Positions 36,808 to 48,655 of a DNA stretch of 64,000 nt are shown here, piece by piece; the stretch's first letter is position 1; each line of letters begins with the position of its first letter. The position numbers and the translations under genes are program-made. Source of the DNA: Hypanus sabinus (taxonomy: Eukaryota); NCBI RefSeq assembly GCF_030144855.1, contig NC_082713.1:34844001-34908000 (forward strand), read 5' to 3'. The notes beneath the pieces were generated by a model. It saw nothing but the letters and a program-made list of their open reading frames with translations, ran no database searches and had not been told where the DNA came from.

Positions 36808-37013
36808 GCAAACATGAAGAAATCTGCAGCTGCTGGAAATTAAAGCAACACACACAAAATGCTGGTGGACTGCAGCAGGCCAGGCAGCATCTATAGGAAG
36901 AAGTACAATCGACTTCCATGAATCCTGATGAAGGGTCTCGGCCCGAAGCGTCAACTGTACTTCTTCCTATAGATGCTGCCTGGCCTGCTGCATTCCATCA
37001 GCATTTTGTGTGT
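36808..37013. mobile_element. Young fold-back PLE-pLTR unit with hammerhead motif in the loop
   Basis: ~64-bp near-perfect inverted arms; CTGATGA-A-GGGTCTCGGCCC-GAAG-CG-TC at 36925-36952 (GAAA changed to GAAG). Confidence 0.85.
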
Positions 37014-37149
37014 GAGTCACTGTATATCAACTGGCATGAGGAAAGGAAACACCACTGGAATCAAAATGCTCACATAGGTCTCTGTAGCTTAACTCTACAA
37101 CTAAAGCTGGGCAAAAGGCTGACCAAGTATATTGCCAGAGATGGGATAA

Positions 37150-40140
37150 ATCTCTGTATAAAAGCAGATACTGTGAAAAGTGAGACAGTCAGGGAAGACA
37201 GGCAGGTGATAGGGCAAAATTGCAGTCAGTAGGATGAGTTGCATGTGTCATATGGGGACAAAAGCGAAAAGGGTGACAGATATGGAATGGAAGGTGTTAT
37301 ATATGAATGCACCCAGTGTTTGGAATAAGGTAGATAATCTTGCAGCACAGTTACAGATTGGCAGATATGTGGGCATCATTGTCATAGCTGAAAGAACATT
37401 ATAGTTGGGAGCTTAACATCCAAGAAGTCATATTGTATTGAAAGGATGGGTAGGTAACCAAAAGGGATGGTGTGGCTCTGTTGGTTAGAAATGAAATCGA
37501 ATCCTTAGAAAGAGGTGACATAGGATGAGAAGATGTAGAATCCTTGTGGGTAGAGTTAAGAAACTGCAAGGGCAGAAAGACCTGATGGGAGTTGTATAAC
37601 GGGCTCCAAGTAGAAGCCAGGATGTGGGCCACAAATTACAATGAGAGATAGAAAATTCATGTCAAAAGGGCAATGTTATGATAGCCATGGTGATTTCAAC
37701 ATGCAGGCATATTGGGAAAGTCAATTTGATGCTGGATCCAAAGAAAGAGAGTTTGGGGAATGCCAAGAGGTGGCTTGTGAGCAGCTTGTGGTTGTGGTTG
37801 TTGCTGTTCTGGATTGGGGTTGGTTAATGATTTAGATTTGATTAGGGAGCTTAAGGTAAAGAAACTCTTAGGAGGCAGTGATCCTCACATGATAGAAGTC
37901 ACCCTGCAACTGGAGAGGGAGAAGCTGAAGTCAGGTATATCAGTATTATAGTTGAATAAAGGGAATTATAGAGGCATGAGAGAGGAGCAGGCCAAACTTG
38001 ATTGGAAGGAGTCACTAGCAGGGATAATTACAGCAATGCAGCGGCTGAAGTTTCTTGGAGTAATTCAGAAGGTGCAGGATAGATACATCCTAAACAAGAA
38101 GTATTCAGAAAGTAGGATGCTGCAACTGTAGCTGACAAGGGAATGCAAAGATAACATAAGTGCAAAAGTGGGCATATAATAGAACAAAAACTGATGGGAA
38201 GTTAGAGGGTTGGGTAGCTTTTAGAAACCAGCAGGATTCATGAATGACCAAGGTGTTTGCCATATTGCTGACATCGGGTTGAATTGATGGAAAATCCATG
38301 CACAGAAGGTCAAGTGGCCACGCACTCCATAAGTGAGACAACAGAATGGCCCTCGTAGGTAGCGTCTTCCTCTGTATACATTGAATCATGAGTAGCAGTA
38401 CTCTTCGACCTCTGGCCTCATCCGGGGTCTGTAGAGCTGCTCTCCATAAATCATCATAAAGTGACTTCAGTACAGTCCTCCAATACTTCTCAGGTAGAAA
38501 CAGCTGGAAGTGATGAGGTTGGTCCAGAGACTACGAGACTCTGTATAGGATCTGGCTTCTCAACTCCAATCTCCTGGTACCGGAGAGTCCCCAAAGCAGA
38601 GTGACTCAGCAGTCAACCTTCCCTTTTTCAGAGGGAGCTTCTCCCCGGCTTGTCTCACAGGGACACTAGACATTACCGTGACCAGGAAGAGGTGTGCCCG
38701 TGGCATCCCCCGCTTGAAGGTGACCTTCCTCTTCGTAGTGCTCCTGACACTCACTGTCATCCTGTTCACCTGTACAACCGAGGGCCTTCTGCAGTTCAGG
38801 CCTTAACAGTACCCCAACAAGTAAGCCTGACTCCTTTTCGTGGTCTTCCAGAGCATCCACCAACAGGGCCTCAGGCATTCCGGGAAATTTGGAGTTTCCC
38901 ATCTCGCTACTTCCCCAGGCCTTAACACAATGGGTTTTGACTGGGTGAGCCACACAGACCCTCGTCTAAGCTCATTATCCGGCTCAGTGCAGCCACACAC
39001 CTCCTCAAGAGCAGCTTGAAGCTCTGGGTGAATGGACAGCTTTTTCAGAAAATTCTCTCCAACTTGCTCCTTGCAGGCTTCCATTAGCCCTCTCACAATA
39101 GGAGTATTTGTCCCCACAAGATTTGAAACTCTGCCCTTCTCAACAGGGTCTGGACAAACCAGCATTAATACATCAAGGTCCACAAGAGTTGATGTTGAGA
39201 CTGCTTCTTCTTATGCTATATGATTTGTCAATGATTTGGATGACAGAATTGATAGTTTCCTGGCAAAATTTGTGGATGATATGAAGATAGGTAGAGGGGC
39301 GGGTAGTGCTGAGGAAGCAGGGAGGCCGCAGAAGGACTCAGACAGATTAGGGGAATGGACAAAGCAGTGGTAGATGGAAAGCAGTGATGGGAAGTGTATG
39401 GTCATGCATTTTGGTAGAAGGAATGAAAGCATAGACTATTTTTTAAACAGGGAAAAGATTGAAAAATCTGAGGTAGAAATGAGCTTGTGAGTCCTCGTCC
39501 AAGTTTCCCTAAAGGTTAATTTGCAAGTTGACTCAGTGAGGAGGAGGTGAGTGCAATGTTAGCATTCATTTTGAGAGGACTGGCAAATATGTAATACTGA
39601 GGCTTTATAAGGCACTGGTGAGGCCATACCTGAAGTATCATGAGCAGAACTGGACCTGTTATCTAAGAAAGGATGTACAGACATTGGAGAGGGTTTAGAG
39701 GAGGTTTATGCGAATGATTCTGGGAATGAAAGGGTTATCATATGAGGAGCGTTGGATGGTTCTGGGTCTGTACTTGCTGGAATTAAGAAGAATGAGGGGG
39801 AATTGAATGTAAAAAGGCCTGGATAGAGTGGATGTGGAGAGGATGTTTCCTATACCGGGGGAGCTTAGAACTAAAAGGGCACAACGTCAGAATAGAGTGT
39901 CGTTCATTTAGAACGGAGATGAAAAGGAATTTCTTTAGCCAGAGGGTGGGGAATCTGTGGAATTTGATGCCACAGGTGGCTGTGTGGTCCAGGCCATTGG
40001 GTGCATTAAGCTGGAGGTTGATAAGTTCTTGGTTAGATAGGGCATGAAAGGTTACAAGGAGAGGCAGGAGATTGGGGCTGAGAGGGAAAATGGATCAGCC
40101 ATGAGGAGCTAAATGACCTAATTTTGCTCCTATATATTAG
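37150..40140 (+). mobile_element. Old CR1, interrupted by Gypsy sequence
   Basis: Endonuclease motifs (gggatggtgtggctctg, ggtgatttcaac, ggcagtgatc) to 38240; RT (aaatttgtggatgat) and 3' end from 39220. Confidence 0.85.
38241..39195 (-). mobile_element. Gypsy LTR-retrotransposon pol fragments
   Basis: CIQRKTLP..PLDLLCMDF (integrase zinc finger and core start); QLFLPEKYWRTVLKSL; LVCPDP..LVGTN (protease region). Confidence 0.8.
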
Positions 40141-40734
40141 TCTTAAGGGGTGTGAAAGTAAATGGAGAGATGTATCCATCTACAGAATGCTTAATAAGAA
40201 ACTAGTCTAGTCACACATACACTGACACCAAATACATCTGACTGTACATGAAATAAGGAATAGATCCTATCAAATGTCCATGAATAAGAAACATGACTGC
40301 TCACAAACCTATGAATGAGAACAGGGAATGCTGGTAAATGCAGCTTAAAATGAACTGATTCACTGCAATCCCACTTCAGTGCTTTGATTAATTCAATTCT
40401 TGTTTCTGCTTCACGCATAATTCTACCCGCTTTGACGATCATTATTTTAATCCTGCAGCAGGTGCCTGGTAACCCCCTTCATTGCCCATTCGTAATGCGA
40501 CAGGAGCAATGTGCATAATGCTTCACTCTGCTTCTTCCACTGTTGTTATATTTCTAAGAAACAAGCTAAAGTAGAAGGAGAAAGTAAAGGCACTAATGTG
40601 CAATAAATTGCTTTGCCAGGTGCTAGAGAGCTTGGATACACAACGAACAATGGAAGCATACAGAACCAGGTCTGGAGCCGCAGTACCAATAATGAAAAGA
40701 GGTCCAGGTGAAACATGGAGCAGAAGTAAGAGCA

Positions 40735-40910
40735 AAATATAAAAATGCTGGAGGAACTCAGCAGGCCAGGCAGCATCTATGAAAAAAGAGTAAACAGTTG
40801 CTGTTTCAGGCTGAGACCCTGCTTCAGGGTCTTTTCTGTAGATGATCTCTGGCCTTCTGAGTTCCTTCAGCATTTTATATAAGTTGCTTTGGATTTCCAG
40901 CATCTGTTTG
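40735..40910. mobile_element. Fold-back PLE-pLTR unit
   Basis: aaatgctggaggaactcag / ctgagttccttcagcattt arms; mutated hammerhead core on the minus strand at about 40797-40830. Confidence 0.75.
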
Positions 40911-42139
40911 TGAACAAAAATAAGAACTGGGTTTGTGAGAGTTTTTAATGCACTGAGTTAAAAAGACGAATGAAAAGAGAAAACATTCTCTGATGTTAAA
41001 GGTCTGGCTGCAGCTTACTTGTGAGACTGTCAAAGATCAAATGCTAAGTTGCAGGCTGGCTGATAACTTTGAGTACGAGTGGACAGGTACGAGATGATTG
41101 ACAATCCTTGGGCATGGGAAATGATAGAACATGAGATAAATCTACAGCCCCAAGCACAAGCAACCTGGGCTCAGATGATTGACAGAGCTGAGCATAAGTG
41201 CTTTGGTGTCAATTGACGGACTTCCCCAAGCACAAATGGCCAGCTGTCAGAGAGCTGACAGGGCAAGCACTAAAATACAATCCGCACTATGGGGGCTAAA
41301 CTTGATAGCCTCGGAAATGGGTTCAGGGATTATGGTGCATTATAAACCCATATTCCTTGATTTCAATGCAGGCAGCATGCTACTTTCCTGCTGCCTGCTC
41401 ATTAGAATGTTTTCAACATCCACTCTGTGCTCACTGCCATGTTGATGAGCTGCCCTCAGCAGCTATCATAATTTGCTAGCACCATTTAAAGCTATTTTGC
41501 ATGGTTTAAAGCTAACCCACTTCTCTTAAAAAGTACTTCTGGCTGAAGCCAGCATTTGCACTGGATGTGAGTCTAATCTGCAATATGGTGAAGAGTGGCA
41601 AGTTATGGGAAGGAGCAGAAAAATAAACTTTGTGGGATAAGCATTCACCAATGGAGGCAAAGGGATGGTCGAAATTTTGGGTCTAGAATCTGCATCTGGC
41701 TGGACAGAGAATGTAGGGAGAAGATAGCCAGTATATAGAAGTAAGCGAGAGGGATGAGTCACAGCTGGTGGGTGATGTCTGGAACTAGATGACGGGCAGA
41801 TGGACCCAGGTGGGGGAAGGGATAGGAAAGCTCAAGCAAAGGAGTAGAAACCCAGGTTAGAGAGGTGTGTGGATGATGGGCAAATCAAATGGGGGGGGGG
41901 GTGGTGTGTGATGTGCAGTAATATGGCAAGTATAGGGGGAGAGATGGAAAAGGTGAAAAAAAGGAGAGCGAAATTGGGTGTCTGATGGAAATGGGAAAGG
42001 AACATAGGGGGAGTAGGTTTATCTAAGGGGAAGGCTTGGCTTCCATATTTTCAGATGCACCTCTGGTGGGTTGCTGGAGGAACTGCAAGACAGGAGAAGT
42101 ATTCCGTGTCCACAGAGGTGATCCACATCCAACATGGTA

Positions 42140-42880
42140 GCATGGTCCATTAGGTTAGAGTACTTTGGATTCATGGTGAATTAACAAATTAGATACAAAA
42201 TAGCTTTAGTGGTAGGAGAGGATGATCGTCAAGAGTTGTTTTTCAGACTTTAGGACCCAGACCTGTGGTGTGTCACAAGATTAAGGTGCTGAATTCTTTA
42301 TTGCTTGTCGATTGTACTATTGATTTGGATGTGAATATAGATGGCATCATTAGTAAGTCTGCAGATGACACCAAACTTGGTAGCACTCTGCTCAGTAAAG
42401 AAGGTTATCTGAGGTTACAACAAGATACTGATTGACAGGGAAAGTGAAAAAAAGGAATGGTAGCTGGAAATTACCTCATGCAAGGGCAAAGTGATGCATT
42501 TTGGGTAGTGAAACCAGGGCAGGACGCAAAGAGTAAATGTCAGGAGTCTGGGGAATGTTGTTAAGCAGAAAGACCCTGAGGGTGACACAGTTAGGCAGAG
42601 TGGTGAAAAAAGGTTATAAGATTCTAGTCTCGTTGGCTGAGACATTAAATGCAAAAGTTTGGATGTCGGGTTATAGTTGAACAAGATGGGGCTTTATGTG
42701 CATGGTTGCACTTGGGGCTTTATGTGCATTTCTGGTGGCCACAACATGAGAAAGTGTGAATATACTTGAGCAAGACTGCAGAAAGAATCTGACGGATATT
42801 TCATGGATTGGAGGGCTTGAATTATAATAGAGATTGTTTTCCCTGGAGAAGAAGAAGCTGAGAGGTGACACAATAGAAAT
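42140..42880 (+). mobile_element. Old CR1 RT fragment
   Basis: attagtaagtctgcagatgacaccaaacttgg (ISK.ADDTKLG); gtgatgcattttgg. Confidence 0.8.
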
Positions 42881-42882
42881 AG

Positions 42883-45839
42883 TCTATTTTTATACTACTA
42901 AAACTCTTCTGCTCTGTTTGTCTGTTTGTGGCCTCCAATTAGCCCAAATGGTGCATTACGGCGGCACTTTTTTTTGACTAAATCGACTTAAGATGCACTA
43001 ACTTACAGAATGCATGCGAAGTTCAGGGTTACATATTCGTATAAAATTGCTCACTCGTTAATCAACAGGCCTTGCTTTCAACAACACGAGCTGGTTCCAG
43101 CTTTAATGAAAACCGTGACGCGACACCACGACTCATGCGCACGGCCAGCCTCAGAAGTGACTTATGATGCTCACAGCAACGACACCAACTGGAGCAAAAG
43201 GGCAGGGCAGTTCTATTTCGAGCGGTCACATTCTGCTAATCACCATTTGCATGTCAGATTGGGACAGATCAAACTGTCACCCACCAATAAGAGATAATTA
43301 AATCTTTATGGAATGACGTTCTTTGAAACACCCATCAAATCCTTTGCTACACTCAAAGGACAGCAGTGACTATATCACATCCATTTAGGAGACGGTCAAC
43401 CACATCATCACGAGAAATCAGCATCCTGGAGGCTTTGGTGTTACTGCTTTGTGTCTTCTATCCAGCATTAATGTAAAAAAAATGGTCGGCCTAATTATGC
43501 TGCGTGGAAAGAGAAGGGGGACATTATGGACAAGAGATGCCAGATGTCATTGGGAAGCGGCAAGGAGAGGGAGAGAACAAGAATCGTATGAGGCCAGGGA
43601 CACATGACTCCAGGATCAAAGTATCAGGACAAAAAAAGATGAGAGAAGAAGAGGCCGAGCAGGAGAGGCATGCACGTCTCCAAAATAACAACAATAGGCA
43701 CAGAAGGAGGAGTGAACAAGAATCAGATCAGGCCAGGGCCGCATGACTCCAGGATCAGAGAGGAAGAACAAACAGCAGAATAAATGAAGAATGAAAAGGC
43801 TGCACGTCTCCAGAATGACAAAAATAAGCACAGAAGGAGAGAGGAAGAGACAGAGGAGAAAAGAAAAGATCAACTTGAGAATATGTGGCAAAGAGTAATT
43901 ATTGTGAGAGTAGCTGAAGATGACAATGCCCACTTTCAATGACAATCCCTCGACAGAGAAAGAGCAAGGCAAAATGCATGACTTGCATGCCATAACATTT
44001 CTGTTGATGTTGGTACGATGACCTGAGTACACCCTCACTCTTGTGCCTTCCTATTCACTGCAGAAACCGCAAATTTCTGCTTCATGAAGGGTAAGGTCAG
44101 GATAGACAATTTGCAATCTCTACTTAATGAACTCCTCAATTTATACAGCAATGATGAACCTATTGCAAACGAATTCAGGAAGAATGTTAGACAACACAGT
44201 TGCCTCTTCCAAATGACATCCTTTGGTGCCAAAGAAGTCTTTCCAATGAGAAATGGATGGAATCCTTCTGTGATTATTCAAGGCCAAATCCATCGTTACA
44301 TTGGACATTAAATGCCAGACCTCAACCAGCAAGCCTGATTCCTTCAAATTTACTTCATTGATCCTCAAGACAGCGTAGAATTGAGAATGAGAATACTACA
44401 GAATGATGGAGATTGTTGAATTATTGGAAAACCTACTATGACAATGAAACCTGTACATTGCGTCTCTTCCACTTGCAAAAGAACAAATTTGAGGCATGTC
44501 AGAGGCATCCATTGTCATTGATCCTGACTGAAGACCAGTATTGGAGACTGGAGAATCTCACCTGGTCCCTCAACACCAGCTCCATAGCAAAGAAAGCCCA
44601 GCAGCATCTCTACTTTTTGCAAAGGCTGAGGAAAAGTCCATCTCCCACCTCCCATCCTCATCACATTCTACAGCGGTTGTATTGAGAGCATCCTGAGCAA
44701 CTGCATCACTGCTTGGTTCGGAAATTGCACCATCTCGGATCGCAAGACCCTGCAGTGGATAGTGAGGTCAGCTGAGAAGATCATTGGGGTCTCTCTTCCT
44801 GCCATCATGGACATTTACACTACACGCTGCATCCGCAAAGGAAACAGCATTATGAAGGACCCCATGCACCCCTCATACAATCTCTTCTCTCTCCTACCAT
44901 CTGGGAAAAGGCTTCGAAGCATTCGGGCTCTCACGACCAGACTACGTAACAGTTTCTTCCCCCAAGCTATCAGACTCCTCAATACCCGAAGCCTGGACTG
45001 ACATCTTGCCTATTGTCCTGTTTATTATTTATTGTAGTGCCTGCAGTGTTTTTTGTGCACCTTATGCAGACCAGTGTAGGTCTGTAGTCTAGTGTAGCTT
45101 TCTCTGTGTTTTTTTTAATTACGTAGTTCAGTCTAGTTTTTTTGTACTGTGTCATGTAACACCATGGTCCTGAAAAATATTGTCTCATTTTTACTATGCA
45201 CTGTACCAGCAGTTATGGTCGAAATGACAATAAAAGTTGACTTGACTTGACTTGCACATGAGAGAAGATTTAATGCACAAATTGCCAATGAAGTCGCTGA
45301 CATTAAACCAAACAGCATCGAACCTGAAGCAAGATCACGACACATTGTGTTGAAAGAACAAGGAGGTGATTTGCAAATAATTTCAGAGTCCCATCGCTCA
45401 TATGACAGCTTTCAATATGTACTTTTCTTTCCACTTGGAGATGATGGCTGGCATCATCAACTCCGAATGACGAACAACAAGAAACTGATGGCAATGCATT
45501 ATTATGCGTATCGAATAATGAACCATGAGAATGAGTTTAATAACCTTCTCAGAGGAGGACGTCTATTCCAACAATACTTGGTCGACATGGCTGATAAGAT
45601 TGAAGGGTGGCAGATGAATCAGAAATGTTGTCATCAAAAGTGCCCTTCGTTAAACAAGGAGGAGCTATATTTGTCTTGCTACGCATCTTTCTTCTTTAAT
45701 AAACTGAGTTTTTCTTCTTTAATTTCCAAAGCAAAGCGATAGCAACAGCATTCAAGGAAATTTAACGTTCATTCTCGTCACATCCCACTGCACTACCTTT
45801 CCCTCGAAGGGTGCCCCGACAGATCACCTGGTTGTCTAG
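42883..45839 (+). mobile_element. Helitron (internally deleted, Rep/Hel N-terminal remnants)
   Basis: 5' TCTA..TATACTACTAAAA; 3' CTAG at 45836-45839 after a weak GGTG/CACC hairpin. Helitron motifs GKVRI..FRKNVR...FQMTSFGA...IIQGQIH.YIG, FLQIYFID, HERRFNA, SHRSYDSFQYVLFFPLGDDGW, GGRLFQQYLVDM..KIE. Confidence 0.88.
44547..45254 (+). mobile_element. Young Rex1/Babar 3' end nested in the Helitron ORF
   Basis: ENLTWSLNTSSIAKKAQQHLYFLQRLRK; LFSLLPSGKRLRSI..RLRNSFFPQAIRLLN; AATAAA plus (GACTT)n tail. Removing it restores GGA GCA CAT GAG AGA (GAHER). Confidence 0.9.
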
Positions 45840-45916
45840 TACACTACTAAAATTCTCATGCTCCGTTTGTGACCTCCAATGGTGCATTACAGCGGCATTT
45901 TTTTTTGGACTAAATC
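45840..45916 (+). mobile_element. Second, truncated Helitron 5' end (tail-to-head junction)
   Basis: tacactactaaaattctc...gtttgtgacctccaatggtgcattacagcggca(t)nggactaaatc repeats 42891-42984. Confidence 0.85.
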
Positions 45917-45918
45917 TA

Positions 45919-45960
45919 TAGATTTATATAATCTATAGATCTATAGATTATATAAATCTA
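45919..45960. repeat. Perfect 42-bp palindrome
   Basis: TAGATTTATATAATCTATAGA|TCTATAGATTATATAAATCTA; 21-bp arms, no spacer. Confidence 0.95.
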
Positions 45961-47220
45961 AGTCTATAGAAATGAGGCAAAAGGATCGTGAGGTCATGGA
46001 CCCATACAGATTAAAAAGGAGGAGGTGTTTGCTGCTTGAGGCAAATTAGGATGGATAAATTCCCAGACCCCGACAAGGTGTTCCCTTGCACCCTGTGTGA
46101 GGCCAGTGCAGAAACTGCAGGAACCATAGCAGAGATACTTGCAGAGATAATTATCCCTGGTGACTGGTGAGGTACTGGTGGAATGGGAGATAGTTAATAT
46201 TGTTCGACTGTTTAAGAAAGAATCTAAAAATAAACAAGGAATTTATAGGCTGGTGAGTCTGACATCAATAGTGAGAAAGTTATTGCAAGATATTCTAAAG
46301 GACCAGATACATGAGTATTAGGATAGACATGGACTGATTAAGGATATCAGCATGTCTTTGTGCTTGGTAGGTCATGCCTAATGAATTTTATAAAGTTTTT
46401 TGAGGAGGTTAACAGAAATGTTAATGAAGGCAAGGCAGAGAATGTTGTCTACATGGACATTAGCAAGGTCACATGTGGGAAGCTGGTCAAGAAGGTGTAG
46501 TCGCATAGCATTCAAGATGAAGTAGCAAACTGGATTAGACATTGGCTTTGTGGGAGAAGCCAGAGTCTGCTAGTAGATGGTTGCCTCTCTGATTGGAAGC
46601 CTGTGACTAGTGATGGCACAAGTAGACAGGATCATAAAGAAAACAACTGTCACATTGGCCTTCATAAATTAAAGTATTGAGGACAGGAGAAGGGACGTAA
46701 TGTTGAGCTATAATTTGGAGTATTGTGTGCAGCTTTGGTCACCTACTTATACGAAAGATGTAAGTAAGGTTGAAAGAGTATAAAGAAAATTTACAAGGCT
46801 GTTACTGGGAATGAATTATAAGGAAAGAATGAATAGGTTTGCACTTTATTACGGTATGTAGAAGACTGAGAGGAGATTTGACAGAACTATACAAAATTAT
46901 GAGGGGTATAGATAGAGTAACTGCAAGCAGGGGATTCCACACATATGTTGTGTGGGACTACAACTAGGGGTCATGGTTTAAGGGTGAAAGGTGAGAAGGT
47001 TAAGGGGACCATGAGGGTTGTGAGAGTGCGGAACAAGCTACCAGCACATGAGGTGCATGTGAGTTCTATTTTAACGTTTAAGAGAAGTTTGGATAGGTAT
47101 ATGGTTGGTAGGGTATTGAGGGCTCTGGTCCCAGCAGGATAATGGGAGTAGGCAGTTTAAATGATTCTGCATGGACTAAATGGGCTGAAGGGGCTGTTTT
47201 GGTGCTTTTTTTTATGACTC
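45961..47220 (+). mobile_element. Old CR1 (RT to 3' end, internally deleted)
   Basis: SIEMRQKDREVMDP; ggataaattcccagaccc; tataggctggtgagtctgacatc; TTRGHGLRVKGE. Confidence 0.88.
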
Positions 47221-48349
47221 TATGTATACAAATAAAAGCTGTGTATATAACTCTTTGACTCCATCAGAGAGTTTTTTTTAACATCCTGGCAGATTTGGTT
47301 TCCTGCTTAAAGTCCTTTTGCATCTCTATTTCATCTTTTCCAGCAATGTCATCAAGGCCAAGTATTTCCAAGACACAAGAAAGATCTCAAGCCAATATGC
47401 CGACTGTCTGTTTCCCTCCTTAGATGCTACCCAACCCATTGAGCTCCTCCAGCATCTCATGTATTGCTCCAAGAATTTCAGTATGTGTATCATCAATTCT
47501 TGTAGACTTTTAGAAATGCAATGACCATGGAAAACTTGAGAAAACTTTCTGAATAGTTCAGTCAACACTAAAAAGAAACTAGTAACTAATTTTAAGCAGT
47601 TTATGATCCCTTCAGATATTACTGGTGAAGTGGGGGGGTGGGAGAAACAAATTAATTCATGCTTTGAATGGAATTAGAATGAAGGCATTGACCTTTTCTT
47701 AACTAGAACAAACAACTTAATAAACAAGTAATAAGGAATTACACTGATCCACAGTTTATTGCTCATGTGAACATGTGAATTTTTAGCTAAACTAAGCCAC
47801 TTTGCCACCCAGTCCTGCTTTGCTATTCAAAAGGATCACAGTTGCTCACATTGTACCATCAATTCCACATTTCTGTCTACCTACAGTAACATTATTTTTA
47901 ATCTATCTACCTTAATAATCTTCAAAATTCCGTTCCATCACCTCTGAAGAAGAGGGTTTTACTGACTCAATGAAAGGAAAAATGCCACAACTGTGTTAAG
48001 TTGGTAATCGCTTTTTTAAAAGAGTAACCCCATGTTATAGATTCACCTTTTACAGGAAATATTCTTTTCACATTCATTCTATCAAGATGACTCAGAACCT
48101 TGAATACTTTTTATCAGGTGCCTTCTTCTTCAGCGAACATAATCCTAGCTTTGTCCTCAACTGGTGAACTGTTCTTTCCAGTTGTTAGTCTGGCATTAAG
48201 ATCATCCTTAACCATGAAGATGAATATTGTATGCACAGCACTAGGTACAGATTCATCATTTACCACATACCTGAATCACAATGCTCATATTTTTGCATTC
48301 AGTTCCCTGACAATAAATTATATCATTCATGTAGCTTATCCAATTACAG

Positions 48350-48655
48350 TATCACACAAAATGCTGGAGAAACTTAGCAGGTTAGGCACCATCTACAGAA
48401 ATGAATAAACAGTTGACATTTCAGGTTGAGATCCTTCAGCAGGGCTGAGAAAAGGAAGGGGGAGGATGCTAGAATAAAAAGACGGGGGAGGGAAAGCAGG
48501 ACAAGCTGGAAGGTGATAGGTGAAGCCAGGTGGGTGGGAAAAGTAAAAGGCTGAAGAAGAAAAAATCTGATAGGAGAACTGACCATGGGAGTAAGGGAAG
48601 AAGGAGGGTGCAGCAGGGGAGGTGATAAGCTGGTGAGGAGAAGAAGTGGCCAGAC
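48350..48655 (-). mobile_element. Penelope-like 3' UTR/pLTR fragment
   Basis: Reverse complement of the 7520-7800 UTR; mutated core ctgctgaaggatctcaacctgaaatgtcaac. Confidence 0.75.

Noticed and set aside
41760-42030. G-rich tract as a distinct functional G-quadruplex element
   Set aside because: Best explained as the reverse complement of a decayed pyrimidine-rich PLE UTR next to a degenerate pLTR at about 41630-41760.
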